DNA of 64,000 nucleotides from Bacteroidales bacterium (GTDB lineage Bacteria; Bacteroidota; Bacteroidia; Bacteroidales; WCHB1-69): NCBI GenBank assembly GCA_017615795.1, contig JAFZZK010000048.1, positions 32,283 to 96,282 of the forward strand, read 5' to 3'. Shown piece by piece: positions 54,053 to 64,000 of this stretch (position 1 is its first letter; each line of letters starts with the position of its first letter). The notes under the pieces were generated by a model. It saw only the letters and a program-made list of their open reading frames with translations, ran no database searches and was not told where the DNA came from. The position numbers and the translations under genes were made by a program.

Positions 54053-54060
54053 TATTTTTG
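54053..54060 (+). promoter_or_regulatory. -7 box (TATTTTTG) for the 54082 gene
   Basis: gatTATTTTTGcaa lies 22 nt upstream of ATG 54082. The track start at 54058 is a TTG inside this box. Confidence 0.5.
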
Positions 54061-54081
54061 CAACCTCCAAACCGCACCGTT

Positions 54082-55536
54082 ATGTTGTCGCCGAATGCCT
54101 TGCAATACACATTGGATCATTTGCTCTCTGTGGCCTTGCCCGCAGAGCCCGCCCTCGAATACCGTGTGGAATGCGCGGATGATGCGGTGGTCGTGGCTTT
54201 CCCCAGCGACTGCTCCCTCCGCATCGCTCTGCTGAACGCCGATGAAGTGCAGACTCTTGTGTCCGGTGAGGCTGTGCCGGTGCTGCTCCATACCGCCGAC
54301 GGCCGGGAACAGATCCCTCTCTTCCGCCCTGTGTCCGCATGCGCGTTGACGGCCCCTGATATTCGTGTTGGCTCTGACAGCCGCGAGCTCTACATCCCCT
54401 ACGACCTCTTAACCCCCAGTTTCCTGATGCTTTCCCGTTGGGAAGAGTACCAGGAGTCGCCCCGCGACCGGCATAATCGCTTTCCATACGTCTCCAGCTT
54501 GGCTGCCCGCTATAATTTTATCCATCTCCCGATAGTGGATGAGTATGCGATGCTGCTGCGCCAGTGGGTCATTGAACAGTTGCGTCCCGACATCACGTTG
54601 CGTCCCCGCACGTTCCGCGTGGTACCCACGCACGATATCGACCACCTCTGCCGCTACACTGGTACCCTCCAGGCCATGCGCTCCATCCTTGGCCGCGACC
54701 TGCTCATCAACCACAGCCTGCCCTTGGTGCGCCAGTCGTGGCAGGAGTATCGCGAGTGGAAAATAGACAAGCAACAGGATCCCTATATCCTTGCCGTTGC
54801 GAAGCTGATAGAACATGCCCGCAGACACGATGAACACGCCATATTCTTTGTCAAGGCCCAGAACAAAGGCGAATACGACTGCACATACGACATCCATGAC
54901 CCGCTTTTGCACCACGTTATTGACATGGTCCGCGCTAACGGCATGGAAGTGGGACTGCACGGCAGCTTCAGGAGCTATGACAATCCGGAGCTTTATGAGC
55001 AGGAAAAGAAACGGTTGGAGGAGATAGTAGGGGAGGATGTGAATGTTGGAAGGCAGCATTTTCTGCGCTTCAATCTCCTGAAAAACTATGTCAACGCCGG
55101 ATACTCGGTTTATGGAGGGCAGGATGCGCGCCGGATGATGGAGGTTTCCCATCCCAGCACCCTTGAGGTGTGGCAGGTGGCGGGACTTCACGACGACTAC
55201 ACGTTAGGCTATGCGGAACAGCCCGGTTTCCGCTGCGGCACTTGCCATCCCTTCAGGCTCTACAATCTCTACGCCGACCAGCCCACTGATATCAAGGAAC
55301 ACCCGCTCGTCTTGATGGATGGTTCCCTCTTCGACTACCTTGCACTTGGCATTGAGGAGGGGAAAGCCCTCTTTGACCGCCTGCGCGCGCGCTGTCGCGC
55401 CGTGGAGGGTGATTTTGTCTACCTCTGGCACAATCACACCGTGGGACGCAACTACCGCGACATGTATGAGCGGATCGTGGAGAATCAATACCCCCCACCA
55501 TTCCGCCAGCGGAGCTGGCGGAACCCCACCCTTTGA
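54082..55536 (+). CDS. Hypothetical protein, possibly polysaccharide deacetylase-like (CE4 superfamily)
   Basis: Start set at MLSPNALQYTL (first ATG). The middle region RVVPTHDIDHL ... FFVKAQNKGEYD ... GLHGSF is reminiscent of deacetylase-fold proteins. This assignment is tentative. Confidence 0.4.
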   Translation: MLSPNALQYTLDHLLSVALPAEPALEYRVECADDAVVVAFPSDCSLRIALLNADEVQTLVSGEAVPVLLHTADGREQIPLFRPVSACALTAPDIRVGSDSRELYIPYDLLTPSFLMLSRWEEYQESPRDRHNRFPYVSSLAARYNFIHLPIVDEYAMLLRQWVIEQLRPDITLRPRTFRVVPTHDIDHLCRYTGTLQAMRSILGRDLLINHSLPLVRQSWQEYREWKIDKQQDPYILAVAKLIEHARRHDEHAIFFVKAQNKGEYDCTYDIHDPLLHHVIDMVRANGMEVGLHGSFRSYDNPELYEQEKKRLEEIVGEDVNVGRQHFLRFNLLKNYVNAGYSVYGGQDARRMMEVSHPSTLEVWQVAGLHDDYTLGYAEQPGFRCGTCHPFRLYNLYADQPTDIKEHPLVLMDGSLFDYLALGIEEGKALFDRLRARCRAVEGDFVYLWHNHTVGRNYRDMYERIVENQYPPPFRQRSWRNPTL

Positions 55537-55776
55537 CGCACTCACCAACCGCTGGCGGAACCCCAACACATCCCCACTTTGTTAATAAAACCAACCTCAA
55601 TACCACAATAATTACACACAAAAACGCCCTGTGTTTTCGGGGATATTGATAGCATTGTTGATATTTATTTTTTTTAACATATATAATAATCTTACCTTCA
55701 GCATATTATATATGTTTATATGGTTTGTTGGATTGGTCAATTTATTGATTATTAGAATAAAAAGTGTATATTTGCA

Positions 55777-55784
55777 TCAACACT
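55777..55784 (+). promoter_or_regulatory. -7 box (TATATTTG) giving a ~220-nt leader for the giant adhesin gene
   Basis: gtgTATATTTGcat sits in a ~470-bp AT-rich intergenic region. Confidence 0.4.
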
Positions 55785-56010
55785 TCCGAATGGAGTAATG
55801 GTGCCGTTTATACGGTTGAAATTATGGAGTAAGTGGGCTATGTTGCTTTTGTCTAAGTTGTTACAAGAGCAAGAATTCTGTGCGCTCTTTTGAATTTCGC
55901 TGTATGCGGCAATATGTTTCGTGCGCGCGTCCGTGCGATATATATGCTTGTATGTGAAACGGGGGAGTGTAAAATTTTTGTGGTGTAAAAAAATTAAAAT
56001 TCTTATAAAT

Positions 56011-59000
56011 ATGAAAAAAAAATACAAATTTCAAATCCTCGTTTTTGAAGTCGTAATGCTATTGATGTTGTTGATGCCTAATTTACTCAAGGCACAGTCT
56101 TTGGGTACGGCGGAAAATCCTTTCCCGATTGGCGACAAAAACCAATTGTACTTGCTGACAAGGGAGGTGAATGAAGGTGGCGTGTTCTACTATAACCCCG
56201 ACGACGGTACTTTTTGCGACACGAACGCCACGGGTTATATTGCCATTGCCAACATGGCAGAGGGCTCCTACTTCAAGTTGACGGCCGACATCAAGTACAT
56301 CGATGCAGATGTGGCATCTTGTGCAGGAGTTAAGCCTTCGGGCCCGGGGAACTATGCTTGGGGTATGCTCGGCACAGAGAACCATCCTTTTGATGGCAAT
56401 TTTGACGGGGACTTCCACACGATAAGCGGTCTTTTTGTGAATAACACGACCGATTGCAACGGTTTTTGCGGTGCTATCGCCAACCATGCGGTGATCAAGA
56501 ACCTAGGTGTGGTGAACAGCTATATTGCCGGTGCCAATGCCACGGGCGGTATCGTGGGTAACGCCCTCGGCGGCACGATCGAGAAATGCTTTTTCACGGG
56601 CACGATCAACTCCTCGGGTAACTATACCGGCGGTTTGGTGGGCCAGATGCAGGCAGGCACGGTGGTGTCCACCTCGTATGCCAGCGCCACGATTACCTCC
56701 TCTGGGTCTCAGTTGGGCGGCATCATCGGCAAGATAAACAACTCCAATCCTGCCTGTACGGTGGATAAAGTTTACTCTTCCTGCATTTTGCACGGAAACT
56801 ATCAATACACGGGTGGCATTGTGGGTGAGAACATCAACGCCAGCACGAATTTCGGGTCTTGCTTTTATGATTCGCAGATGATTGACTGCAAGGTGACCCC
56901 GAATACCAATCCTAATTCCACGGGAGCGGGCACAGCGATGGTCACCACGGCGATGGCCAACGGCACCTGGGCACCTACGGACTTTACGGCTACGGGCTCA
57001 GGCAATAACCAGTATCCTTATATCACCGGCTTTTTGCTCAGTGATGACGCGGTTTTGTTCTCTACTGTTCCGCTTTTCCTACCTGCCGGAGCTTCGCTTT
57101 CCGATCTTTCCACCGTGAACACGGTTACGGTGGGTGAGGTTACAGGTGTAATCTGGACGGAAATTGAGCGTGTGGGTATTGGCTCTTTCACGTCCCCCAC
57201 ATTGAGTGTTACCGGGCAGTGTTATGTGGTATTAAAGGCCACCAAGGGAAGTAACAGCCGTTCCTACGTGCTGCAATTTGATAAGACTCCCTATATCGGT
57301 GCTGCAGAAAACCCATTCCCAATTAATAGCCAAAAAGACCTTACGGCATTCCGCAATGGTATCAACAGCGGTACGAGTTTCGCCTACAAACATTTTACCG
57401 TGCCAGCATTAGGTGAGAATACTAACTTTCTCCAAACGGCAGATATTACGATGCCTGATGAAAAATGGGAGAGTATAGCCAGTACCGAGTCCACTCCATT
57501 CAAAGGTGTCTATGACGGTCAAAATTATAAAGTGACAGGTTGGACACCAAAGGACGTGAAAAGTGCCTTCTTTAGTTACATAGAGAGAGCCACTATTAAG
57601 AATTTGACAGTGGACAAGGTGAAAACCAATACATGGGGTGCCCTTGTTCTCTCCATGCGTGGAGGCACAGTTGACAATTGCCATGCTACAGGAAGTACGG
57701 TGGTAAGAGGCGGACTTGTCCATGAGACGGCAATGGGCGATTACACTTGTTACATTAAGAATTGTACTAACAGAAATAATATAACATGGAGTAGTGCAAA
57801 TGCATCTTCTGCATATAATAGTGGGCGAACGGGACAATTTGATGCTGTGGGTGGTATATTGAGTTATGCGGGAAGTAGGAATAATTATGTGGATAATTGC
57901 CATAACTATGGAAATATTACTTCCGACAGATATCCTGGTGGTGTTGTGGGAAGACATATCAACAACTCAAGTGCCCAAATTACCATTAGTTATTGTTCTA
58001 ACTCGGGAAATATTAAAGGAACGGCTAGTGATTACTGCTATGCTGCAGGTATTGCTGCTACATTACCCGCCGCCAGTTCAGTGACCTATTGTCATAATAA
58101 AGGAAATGTCGAAACTATTGACGCTTATGCGGCAGGTATTGTTGCTACAGGTGGTGTCGTGTCCTACTGTTACAATTTGGGTGATATTACTTTAACTGGT
58201 GTTGGACGTAGTGGTAGAGCTTTAGGTATATCATATACACAGGCCAGATATTGTTTTAATGCGGGAAAGATATTGAATTTGTCGGCATACAGTACTAGCG
58301 AAAGTGCGAGTACCGCGAATGGTATATCATTAACTAATAGTGCATCCACAGGTGGGGCTGGTGCTGATGTTTGTTTCAATGCGGGTGATGTATATGGCAG
58401 CACGGGCGGTGCGTATGCTTTTACTACAGCCACAACAAATAGGGACCATCGTTACAATTTGGGTCGTGTAAATGGTGTGAGAATAGCAACCTCGGGTGCA
58501 TCGTATTTTGATGAGACGCGTGTTCCGTCCTATTCTTCTTTAAGCAATGGAATTTCCAAAACTACAGCTGATTTGACAGGAGCTTCTGTTTCTCCTTTTA
58601 GTGGTTCAAGTGATTGGGTGTGTGAGGAAGGCTTATATCCTCGTATCAAGGGCTTGGATACGCTTACCATCAGTAAGGTGTTGGCCCTGCCCATTGTGTT
58701 TGAAGGAACGGATAATGTGGACCACGTTTCCCAAGGGTTCAAAGTTCGTTCACAATATGGCATTGTTTGGAGAATAGAAGGCAATACAGGGGCCGCTACT
58801 ATCGGTACACCTTCTTCTAATTACCAGCAGGTTACCTTGACGGGCAGCCATAAGACAGACGGCAATATAGTATTAGCGGCCTACAAGGGAGACTCATGTT
58901 ATTACCGCATCTCGTTGGTGTTGGCGGTAGATGCACCATCAGGAGAACTTACAGTGACTAATATCTCTGATTTGCAGGCTTTGCGTACCGGAATCAACAG

Positions 59001-62000
59001 CGGTTCTGCTTTTACGTATAAAAACACAGCGGTGCCCGCAGGCGGTGAAGGAACAACTTTCAAAGTGACAGCCGATATTTCTTTGTCTTCCGAAAGTAAT
59101 TGGGCTCAGATTGGTACGCTGGAATATCCGTTCCTTGGAACATTTGATGGAGGAGGAAAGACGTTGAGCGGTCTGAAACAAACCAGTGGTGTCGCGAATT
59201 CTGGTCTCTTTGGTTATGTTAAGGGAAAAGTCCAAAATCTGAATTTAACAGAGGTGTCAATAGCTTCAGCCCGAAATGGCGGTGCAGTATGTACTTATTT
59301 GATTGGCGGTGAAATTGTCAATTGTCATGTCAAGGGAAACTTTTCTGATGGTGCGCCGCACTACGATATGCGATCTAATAGAGGTGGTATTGCTGCTGCC
59401 ATGAGTTCTGGAGCCCAAATAACAAACTGTTTGAATGAAATCAATATCACATCAGAAAGATATGTCTATAGTGGAGGTATTGTAGGTGAGGTGATGGGCA
59501 CGTGCTATATCACGAATTGTAAAAACGCAGGCAAGATAGTGGGTGGCTACAATAATGGTGGTATAAGCGGTTATGGAGGTGAAATAAAATATTGTGTGAA
59601 TTATGGAGATGTTGAAGGCCGTACTTATACCTCAAATGTGGCAGGTGTGTGCGCGCAGGGTGGAACTATTGAAAGCTGTGTGAACAGTGGACATGTCAGT
59701 GTTCCTGTTGTTGCAGGGACAACGTATGTGGCAGGTGTGTCATTCAATGGTACTGTCAAATATTGTTACAATGTGGGTGAAATCGAGGGAAAAAATGCAA
59801 CCGTGACAGCTGGCGTTTATGCACGCAAGGATGCTCGTTCTTGTACACAGAGCTATAACGCCGGGAAAGTGACGGGTGACAATGCCTATCCTGTGGGTAA
59901 CAGTTCGGTGACAAAGAGCTTCTATGACAATCAGATGACCGTAGCTTCAACCACGGTGAGTGGAGTTACGGCAAAATCCACCACAGATATGTGCGGTACA
60001 TCATTGAGCGGTACCAATAACCTGGGTATGCAAAATGATCATTTTGTGTTTTTGGCGAATATGTATCCGCGTATCAAAGGAATTGAGAATACTTCTGCCT
60101 CTTGGGCAACAGCGGCACCTGTTTTCTTGCAAAACGACGAGACCGTGTTGATGGTGAGTGAAGACTTTACCTTGGGTGGCTGCGATACGGGCGTCACTTG
60201 GTCTCGTGGCGTCAGCACTGCTTTGACTGTTACGGGTTGCTCTGCTGAGGTCAATGTGGCGGGTTTGCCTACTTTGGAAGCAAAAGCCAATGATACTGTT
60301 TACAAATGGGTTACTCTGCAAGTTAAGATGGATGCCTTTATCATTAAAGATGAGACGGAATTGGCCAACTTTAGAAATGGTATCAATTCGGGCAGTAGTT
60401 TTTACTATAGTCCTACAACATATAAATATTATACAAATTTAATGCAAGATAGCACGTCATGGATTACTGTCCCAGCATTAGGTGAAGGTGCTACTTTCCG
60501 TTTGGTGAAAAATTTGGATTTAGGTGGTATAACTTGGACCCCTATAGGTAACACATCAACTATAAGATTTAGGGGAACATTTGATGGTGATGGCCATTCC
60601 ATCAGTAATTTTAAATTAAGTGGAACTTATACTGGTTTGTTTGGTTATATTTTGAATGGTTCAGTGCATAATCTGACCATTTCCAATGTGCAAAGTACTC
60701 CTACTGGAAGTCGTGCTGGTATTTTGGCAGGTTATGTGGAAACCAGCTCACTCGACTATATCAATATTCACGATTGCAGTATTATTGGCAGTTCCAGTTC
60801 TACACACATAGGTGCTTTGGCAGGACAGTTGTTGAGTACCACGGCTCATTATGACACTGTTGCCAATGTCTATTTAAAAGGAGGTAAAGACGGCAGCAGT
60901 AATTCCTATGTGGGCGGTTTTGTGGGATATTCAGATAATGGTTTTAAATTGTATAACAGTGAGGTGCGTCGTAGCCATATAGAGGGTTCTGGTAGATATG
61001 TTGGAGGTGTGGTTGGCCTTACACAACACAATCCTGCTCCAGTATATCGTTCTATAACAGTTTTGGAGGATACCATTAAGGGAACTAATTTCGTTGGAGG
61101 ATGGACAGGTTATTCGTGTTGGAACTCACAGAATCCCGATAATAGTGACCGAGTCGTTGATGTGATAGGTGGTACTATAACGGGTAATAACTATGTGGGT
61201 GGTATTCTCGGTTATTATGTCAGCGTTTCATTAACCAACTGCTCCAATAGCGCTGCAATTTCGGGAGCTAGCTATGTGGGAGGTATAGTAGGAGGACCGA
61301 GTAGTACTAACTCAAGTCAAACAATGACAAGCTGTGTCAATACTGGTAATGTGACAGGTACAGGGAATTATGTGGGAGGTTTGTTTGGTGGTGACATTTA
61401 TAATGTGAATTATTATAGAGTCGTTAATTGTGTTAATGCGGGTAAAGTAAAGGGAAATAACTATGTGGGTGGTATTAGTGGCCGAACATTTTATTCGAAC
61501 AATTCAAACAGCGAGGGTGCTATCAAGTACTGTGTTAACATAGGTGATGTGGAAGGCAACCAGTGGGTTGGTGGTGTTGTTGGTGAAAGCCAGGCAGCAG
61601 CCTTGTATAGTGTGAATGCTGGTCGCGTGACAGGCGCTCATTATGTGGGTGGTATTGTTGGCGAGCAGACAAATGCTGTGGGTTATGCCAAGCAGATTCA
61701 ACAGTGCTTGTCGGTAGGCCAGGTGTATGGAAATACCAATGTGGGTAATGTGGTCGGTAGCTATGAGGATGGTACCGTCACAAGTTGTTACTATGACAAT
61801 CAGATGTCTCCTGAATACAAGGGCGTCGGCGCTATTGGAGATGATGTGACAGGTGTGGCCGAAGGCAAACAAACTGCCAACATGCTCAATACAACGCTTG
61901 GTTTGTCGAGTTTCACAGCTGCTTCAGGACTATACCCGAGACCCACAAATACTGCAAATAATATTAATATTGCAAATAGAGATATTACATTGGTTGCCGC

Positions 62001-64000
62001 GTCGCCGGTGAATCTGATCAACGACAAGACGGCATATACCATTCCGGGAGAGGCCACCTATTCCTTCACTCCCTCCACCACCAATGGTGTTGTATGGACT
62101 AGCAAGGAGACAGCTCTCCGCAATACCAGCGGAACCTTCAGCCCCAAAGCGGCAGGTGGTGATGTGCTGACCGCCTCTCTTAATGGTGTTGCCAAACATG
62201 TGAATGTCACTGTGGGCCTCAGCAAGGAATTCCCCTGTATCATCAAGAACCAGAATGAGCTGGCCAAGTTCACCCAATACATCAATTCGGGTAATACGTT
62301 CTATTACAACACGTCTGCTTCCACTATAGACCCGGAGACATTTACCGATCAGGAGCCTCAGAACTTCCTCACGGGTATTGCCATCAATCCGGGCGGTGCG
62401 GATGCTTTCTTCAAGTTGGCGGATGATTTCAATCCGGATTTCCAGACGGTGTCCAGCATGACTCCGATCGGCACTACCGATCACCCATTCCTCGGGGAAT
62501 TCAACGGTAATGGCGATACGGTGAGAAACCTGCCTTCCGCCACCGCCAACAACTTCGGGTTCTTTGGCGTGAACAAGGGCGTCGTTTATAATCTTGTTAT
62601 CGAGAATCCCAACATGACGGGCAACACCTACAACAATGTTGGCGCACTGTGCGGCTACAACGACAATGGTACCATCACCAACTGCCACGTGATTAATGGA
62701 ACGGTGAGCGGTGCACAGAACGTGGGCGGTCTCGTGGGTTATAACAAGGGTTATATGGAAGACTGCCACAACAGCGCCACGGTGAGTGGCACAAACAATG
62801 TGGGTGGTATTACGGGTAACAACACTAAGACGGTGAGTCGCTGTTTCAATCTTGGTGACGTGACGGCTTCCGGTACCAACAACACCAATCTCGGCGGTGT
62901 GATTGGTGAAGCCGGAAACGGAACCGTGAGTTACTGCTATAATGCCGGAAACATCACTGCAATCGGGAGCACATCGCAAAATGTAGGTGGTGTGCTTGGA
63001 AATATTAATTCAGGCGGTGATATCAGTAGCTGCTACAATATCGGTGAAGTCACGGCTCCCACGGCTAACAGTATGGGTGCGGTGGCCGGTAAATCAGGCA
63101 AGACACTTGTAAGTACGGTGGCCTACGACAACCAGATGTGCTCGGTGTCGGGTGCTTACGGTAGCGGCAACGGCAATGCTACAGCGGCGAACACCTCCGC
63201 TATGACGGGCACCGCCCTGCAAAGCGTGCTCGGCAACGACGGCACGTGGGTTTACACTGACGGCCTGTATCCTCGTCTTGCCTCAATGGAGAATATGGAG
63301 GCTTCCATCGTCTCGGCAACGCCCATGACGCTCACTTCCGGTGAGACGGTCGCCAATGTGGAGCACGAGTTCACCGTGGGCACGCTCAATTCAGTTGAGT
63401 GGAGCGTGGAACCTGCAACGGGTGTTTTGGATATGACGAGCAATTATCCCACCATCAACTTCATCAGGTGCGGTACTCCGGAATTGTCCGTGAAGCAAGG
63501 TGCTGACGGCAAGGAGATCAAGAAGGTGAATCTCACCATCAATTACACGGCATCGGTGGTAGAATACGATACGGCCTGCGGTGGCGGCTCCTTCACCTGG
63601 CCGGTGAACAACATCGACTACTATGCCACCAACGATGTGGTGTTCAGCACGATGGAGAATGGATGTCCGGTTACGCATATCCTGCATGTGAAGGTTCCCG
63701 ATCCGCTTGTTGCGAGTGCGCAGCCTGTTGCCCAGCAATGCTATAACACAAATACAGGCAAGATCACGGCAACCGTGACAGGTGGTTTCAACAATTATTC
63801 GTATGTGTGGAAGAACGCGGCAGGCGATACGGTGAGCACCAGCAACCCGGCCACGGGCCTGGCTCCCGGCACCTACAGTCTGATTGTGACGGACGGCAAT
63901 CCGGTTCCTAAGAATGCGGGCGATGAATACTGCATGGTCAAGGTGGAGGACATTGTCGTTAACCCGGTGACCGACATTGTGGCCACCATCGACACCTTCT
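56011..64000 (+). CDS. Giant GLUG-motif / SprB-repeat surface protein, 3' end beyond the window (more than 2660 codons)
   Basis: Absent from the ORF track (no stop in window). The frame starting at ATG 56011 is open to base 64000; I checked this by hand at many points. Signal peptide MKKKYKFQILVFEVVMLLMLLMPNLLKAQS. Five modules begin ENPFPI / L..(F)RNGINSG and are filled with GLUG-type repeats (N(Y/N)VGGI(V/L)G...C.N.G.V.G), each ending (Y/F)YDxQM ... GLYPR(I/L/P). The last visible part has an SprB-type repeat (QCYNTNTGKITATVTGGFNNYSYVWKNAAGD...GTYSLIVTDGN). Confidence 0.85.
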   Translation, partial: MKKKYKFQILVFEVVMLLMLLMPNLLKAQSLGTAENPFPIGDKNQLYLLTREVNEGGVFYYNPDDGTFCDTNATGYIAIANMAEGSYFKLTADIKYIDADVASCAGVKPSGPGNYAWGMLGTENHPFDGNFDGDFHTISGLFVNNTTDCNGFCGAIANHAVIKNLGVVNSYIAGANATGGIVGNALGGTIEKCFFTGTINSSGNYTGGLVGQMQAGTVVSTSYASATITSSGSQLGGIIGKINNSNPACTVDKVYSSCILHGNYQYTGGIVGENINASTNFGSCFYDSQMIDCKVTPNTNPNSTGAGTAMVTTAMANGTWAPTDFTATGSGNNQYPYITGFLLSDDAVLFSTVPLFLPAGASLSDLSTVNTVTVGEVTGVIWTEIERVGIGSFTSPTLSVTGQCYVVLKATKGSNSRSYVLQFDKTPYIGAAENPFPINSQKDLTAFRNGINSGTSFAYKHFTVPALGENTNFLQTADITMPDEKWESIASTESTPFKGVYDGQNYKVTGWTPKDVKSAFFSYIERATIKNLTVDKVKTNTWGALVLSMRGGTVDNCHATGSTVVRGGLVHETAMGDYTCYIKNCTNRNNITWSSANASSAYNSGRTGQFDAVGGILSYAGSRNNYVDNCHNYGNITSDRYPGGVVGRHINNSSAQITISYCSNSGNIKGTASDYCYAAGIAATLPAASSVTYCHNKGNVETIDAYAAGIVATGGVVSYCYNLGDITLTGVGRSGRALGISYTQARYCFNAGKILNLSAYSTSESASTANGISLTNSASTGGAGADVCFNAGDVYGSTGGAYAFTTATTNRDHRYNLGRVNGVRIATSGASYFDETRVPSYSSLSNGISKTTADLTGASVSPFSGSSDWVCEEGLYPRIKGLDTLTISKVLALPIVFEGTDNVDHVSQGFKVRSQYGIVWRIEGNTGAATIGTPSSNYQQVTLTGSHKTDGNIVLAAYKGDSCYYRISLVLAVDAPSGELTVTNISDLQALRTGINSGSAFTYKNTAVPAGGEGTTFKVTADISLSSESNWAQIGTLEYPFLGTFDGGGKTLSGLKQTSGVANSGLFGYVKGKVQNLNLTEVSIASARNGGAVCTYLIGGEIVNCHVKGNFSDGAPHYDMRSNRGGIAAAMSSGAQITNCLNEINITSERYVYSGGIVGEVMGTCYITNCKNAGKIVGGYNNGGISGYGGEIKYCVNYGDVEGRTYTSNVAGVCAQGGTIESCVNSGHVSVPVVAGTTYVAGVSFNGTVKYCYNVGEIEGKNATVTAGVYARKDARSCTQSYNAGKVTGDNAYPVGNSSVTKSFYDNQMTVASTTVSGVTAKSTTDMCGTSLSGTNNLGMQNDHFVFLANMYPRIKGIENTSASWATAAPVFLQNDETVLMVSEDFTLGGCDTGVTWSRGVSTALTVTGCSAEVNVAGLPTLEAKANDTVYKWVTLQVKMDAFIIKDETELANFRNGINSGSSFYYSPTTYKYYTNLMQDSTSWITVPALGEGATFRLVKNLDLGGITWTPIGNTSTIRFRGTFDGDGHSISNFKLSGTYTGLFGYILNGSVHNLTISNVQSTPTGSRAGILAGYVETSSLDYINIHDCSIIGSSSSTHIGALAGQLLSTTAHYDTVANVYLKGGKDGSSNSYVGGFVGYSDNGFKLYNSEVRRSHIEGSGRYVGGVVGLTQHNPAPVYRSITVLEDTIKGTNFVGGWTGYSCWNSQNPDNSDRVVDVIGGTITGNNYVGGILGYYVSVSLTNCSNSAAISGASYVGGIVGGPSSTNSSQTMTSCVNTGNVTGTGNYVGGLFGGDIYNVNYYRVVNCVNAGKVKGNNYVGGISGRTFYSNNSNSEGAIKYCVNIGDVEGNQWVGGVVGESQAAALYSVNAGRVTGAHYVGGIVGEQTNAVGYAKQIQQCLSVGQVYGNTNVGNVVGSYEDGTVTSCYYDNQMSPEYKGVGAIGDDVTGVAEGKQTANMLNTTLGLSSFTAASGLYPRPTNTANNINIANRDITLVAASPVNLINDKTAYTIPGEATYSFTPSTTNGVVWTSKETALRNTSGTFSPKAAGGDVLTASLNGVAKHVNVTVGLSKEFPCIIKNQNELAKFTQYINSGNTFYYNTSASTIDPETFTDQEPQNFLTGIAINPGGADAFFKLADDFNPDFQTVSSMTPIGTTDHPFLGEFNGNGDTVRNLPSATANNFGFFGVNKGVVYNLVIENPNMTGNTYNNVGALCGYNDNGTITNCHVINGTVSGAQNVGGLVGYNKGYMEDCHNSATVSGTNNVGGITGNNTKTVSRCFNLGDVTASGTNNTNLGGVIGEAGNGTVSYCYNAGNITAIGSTSQNVGGVLGNINSGGDISSCYNIGEVTAPTANSMGAVAGKSGKTLVSTVAYDNQMCSVSGAYGSGNGNATAANTSAMTGTALQSVLGNDGTWVYTDGLYPRLASMENMEASIVSATPMTLTSGETVANVEHEFTVGTLNSVEWSVEPATGVLDMTSNYPTINFIRCGTPELSVKQGADGKEIKKVNLTINYTASVVEYDTACGGGSFTWPVNNIDYYATNDVVFSTMENGCPVTHILHVKVPDPLVASAQPVAQQCYNTNTGKITATVTGGFNNYSYVWKNAAGDTVSTSNPATGLAPGTYSLIVTDGNPVPKNAGDEYCMVKVEDIVVNPVTDIVATIDTF

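Noticed and set aside
53717-54182. Five overlapping ORFs in several frames on both strands that encode RDW/PGIG-type repeats.
   Set aside because: They read through the 23-bp tandem array. The period is not divisible by 3, so all frames stay open by chance. No start context or promoter is present.

Overview
The segment looks like Bacteroidota chromosome, probably Bacteroidales and Prevotella-like. The evidence is TAnnTTTG -7 promoter boxes in front of most genes, T9SS C-terminal sorting domains, and FISUMP, DUF4301, DUF2147 and DUF349 families. I call about 40 protein genes and see no rRNA, tRNA or CRISPR. Two large ORFs run off the window edges and are missing from the supplied track. I recovered both by hand: 1..1220 on the minus strand and 56011..64000 on the plus strand. 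Most genes are housekeeping: nnr, radC, ddh, rocD, lnt, nadA, rseP, an M16 peptidase and an ECF sigma/anti-sigma pair. Five things stand out. (1) A 4017-codon ORF joins a C10 cysteine protease head to 41 tandem copies of a 49-aa two-cysteine module and a T9SS sorting domain; it sits directly behind dsbD-like and lnt genes. (2) A DUF3990-like gene overlaps a partner ORF by one base (TAATG). The pair is wedged between rseP and nadA, and the partner ORF runs in frame into nadA with no stop codon. (3) An IS200-like/RAYT tyrosine transposase is flanked by two 30-nt REP palindromes, with a 7 x 23-bp tandem array abutting one of them. (4) A 480-bp ORF-free convergent intergenic region is packed with CCCC-loop-GGGG hairpins. 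(5) A second giant gene, more than 2660 codons and truncated, encodes a GLUG/SprB-type adhesin with a mosaic base composition. All family assignments come from motif recognition by eye. No database search was run.
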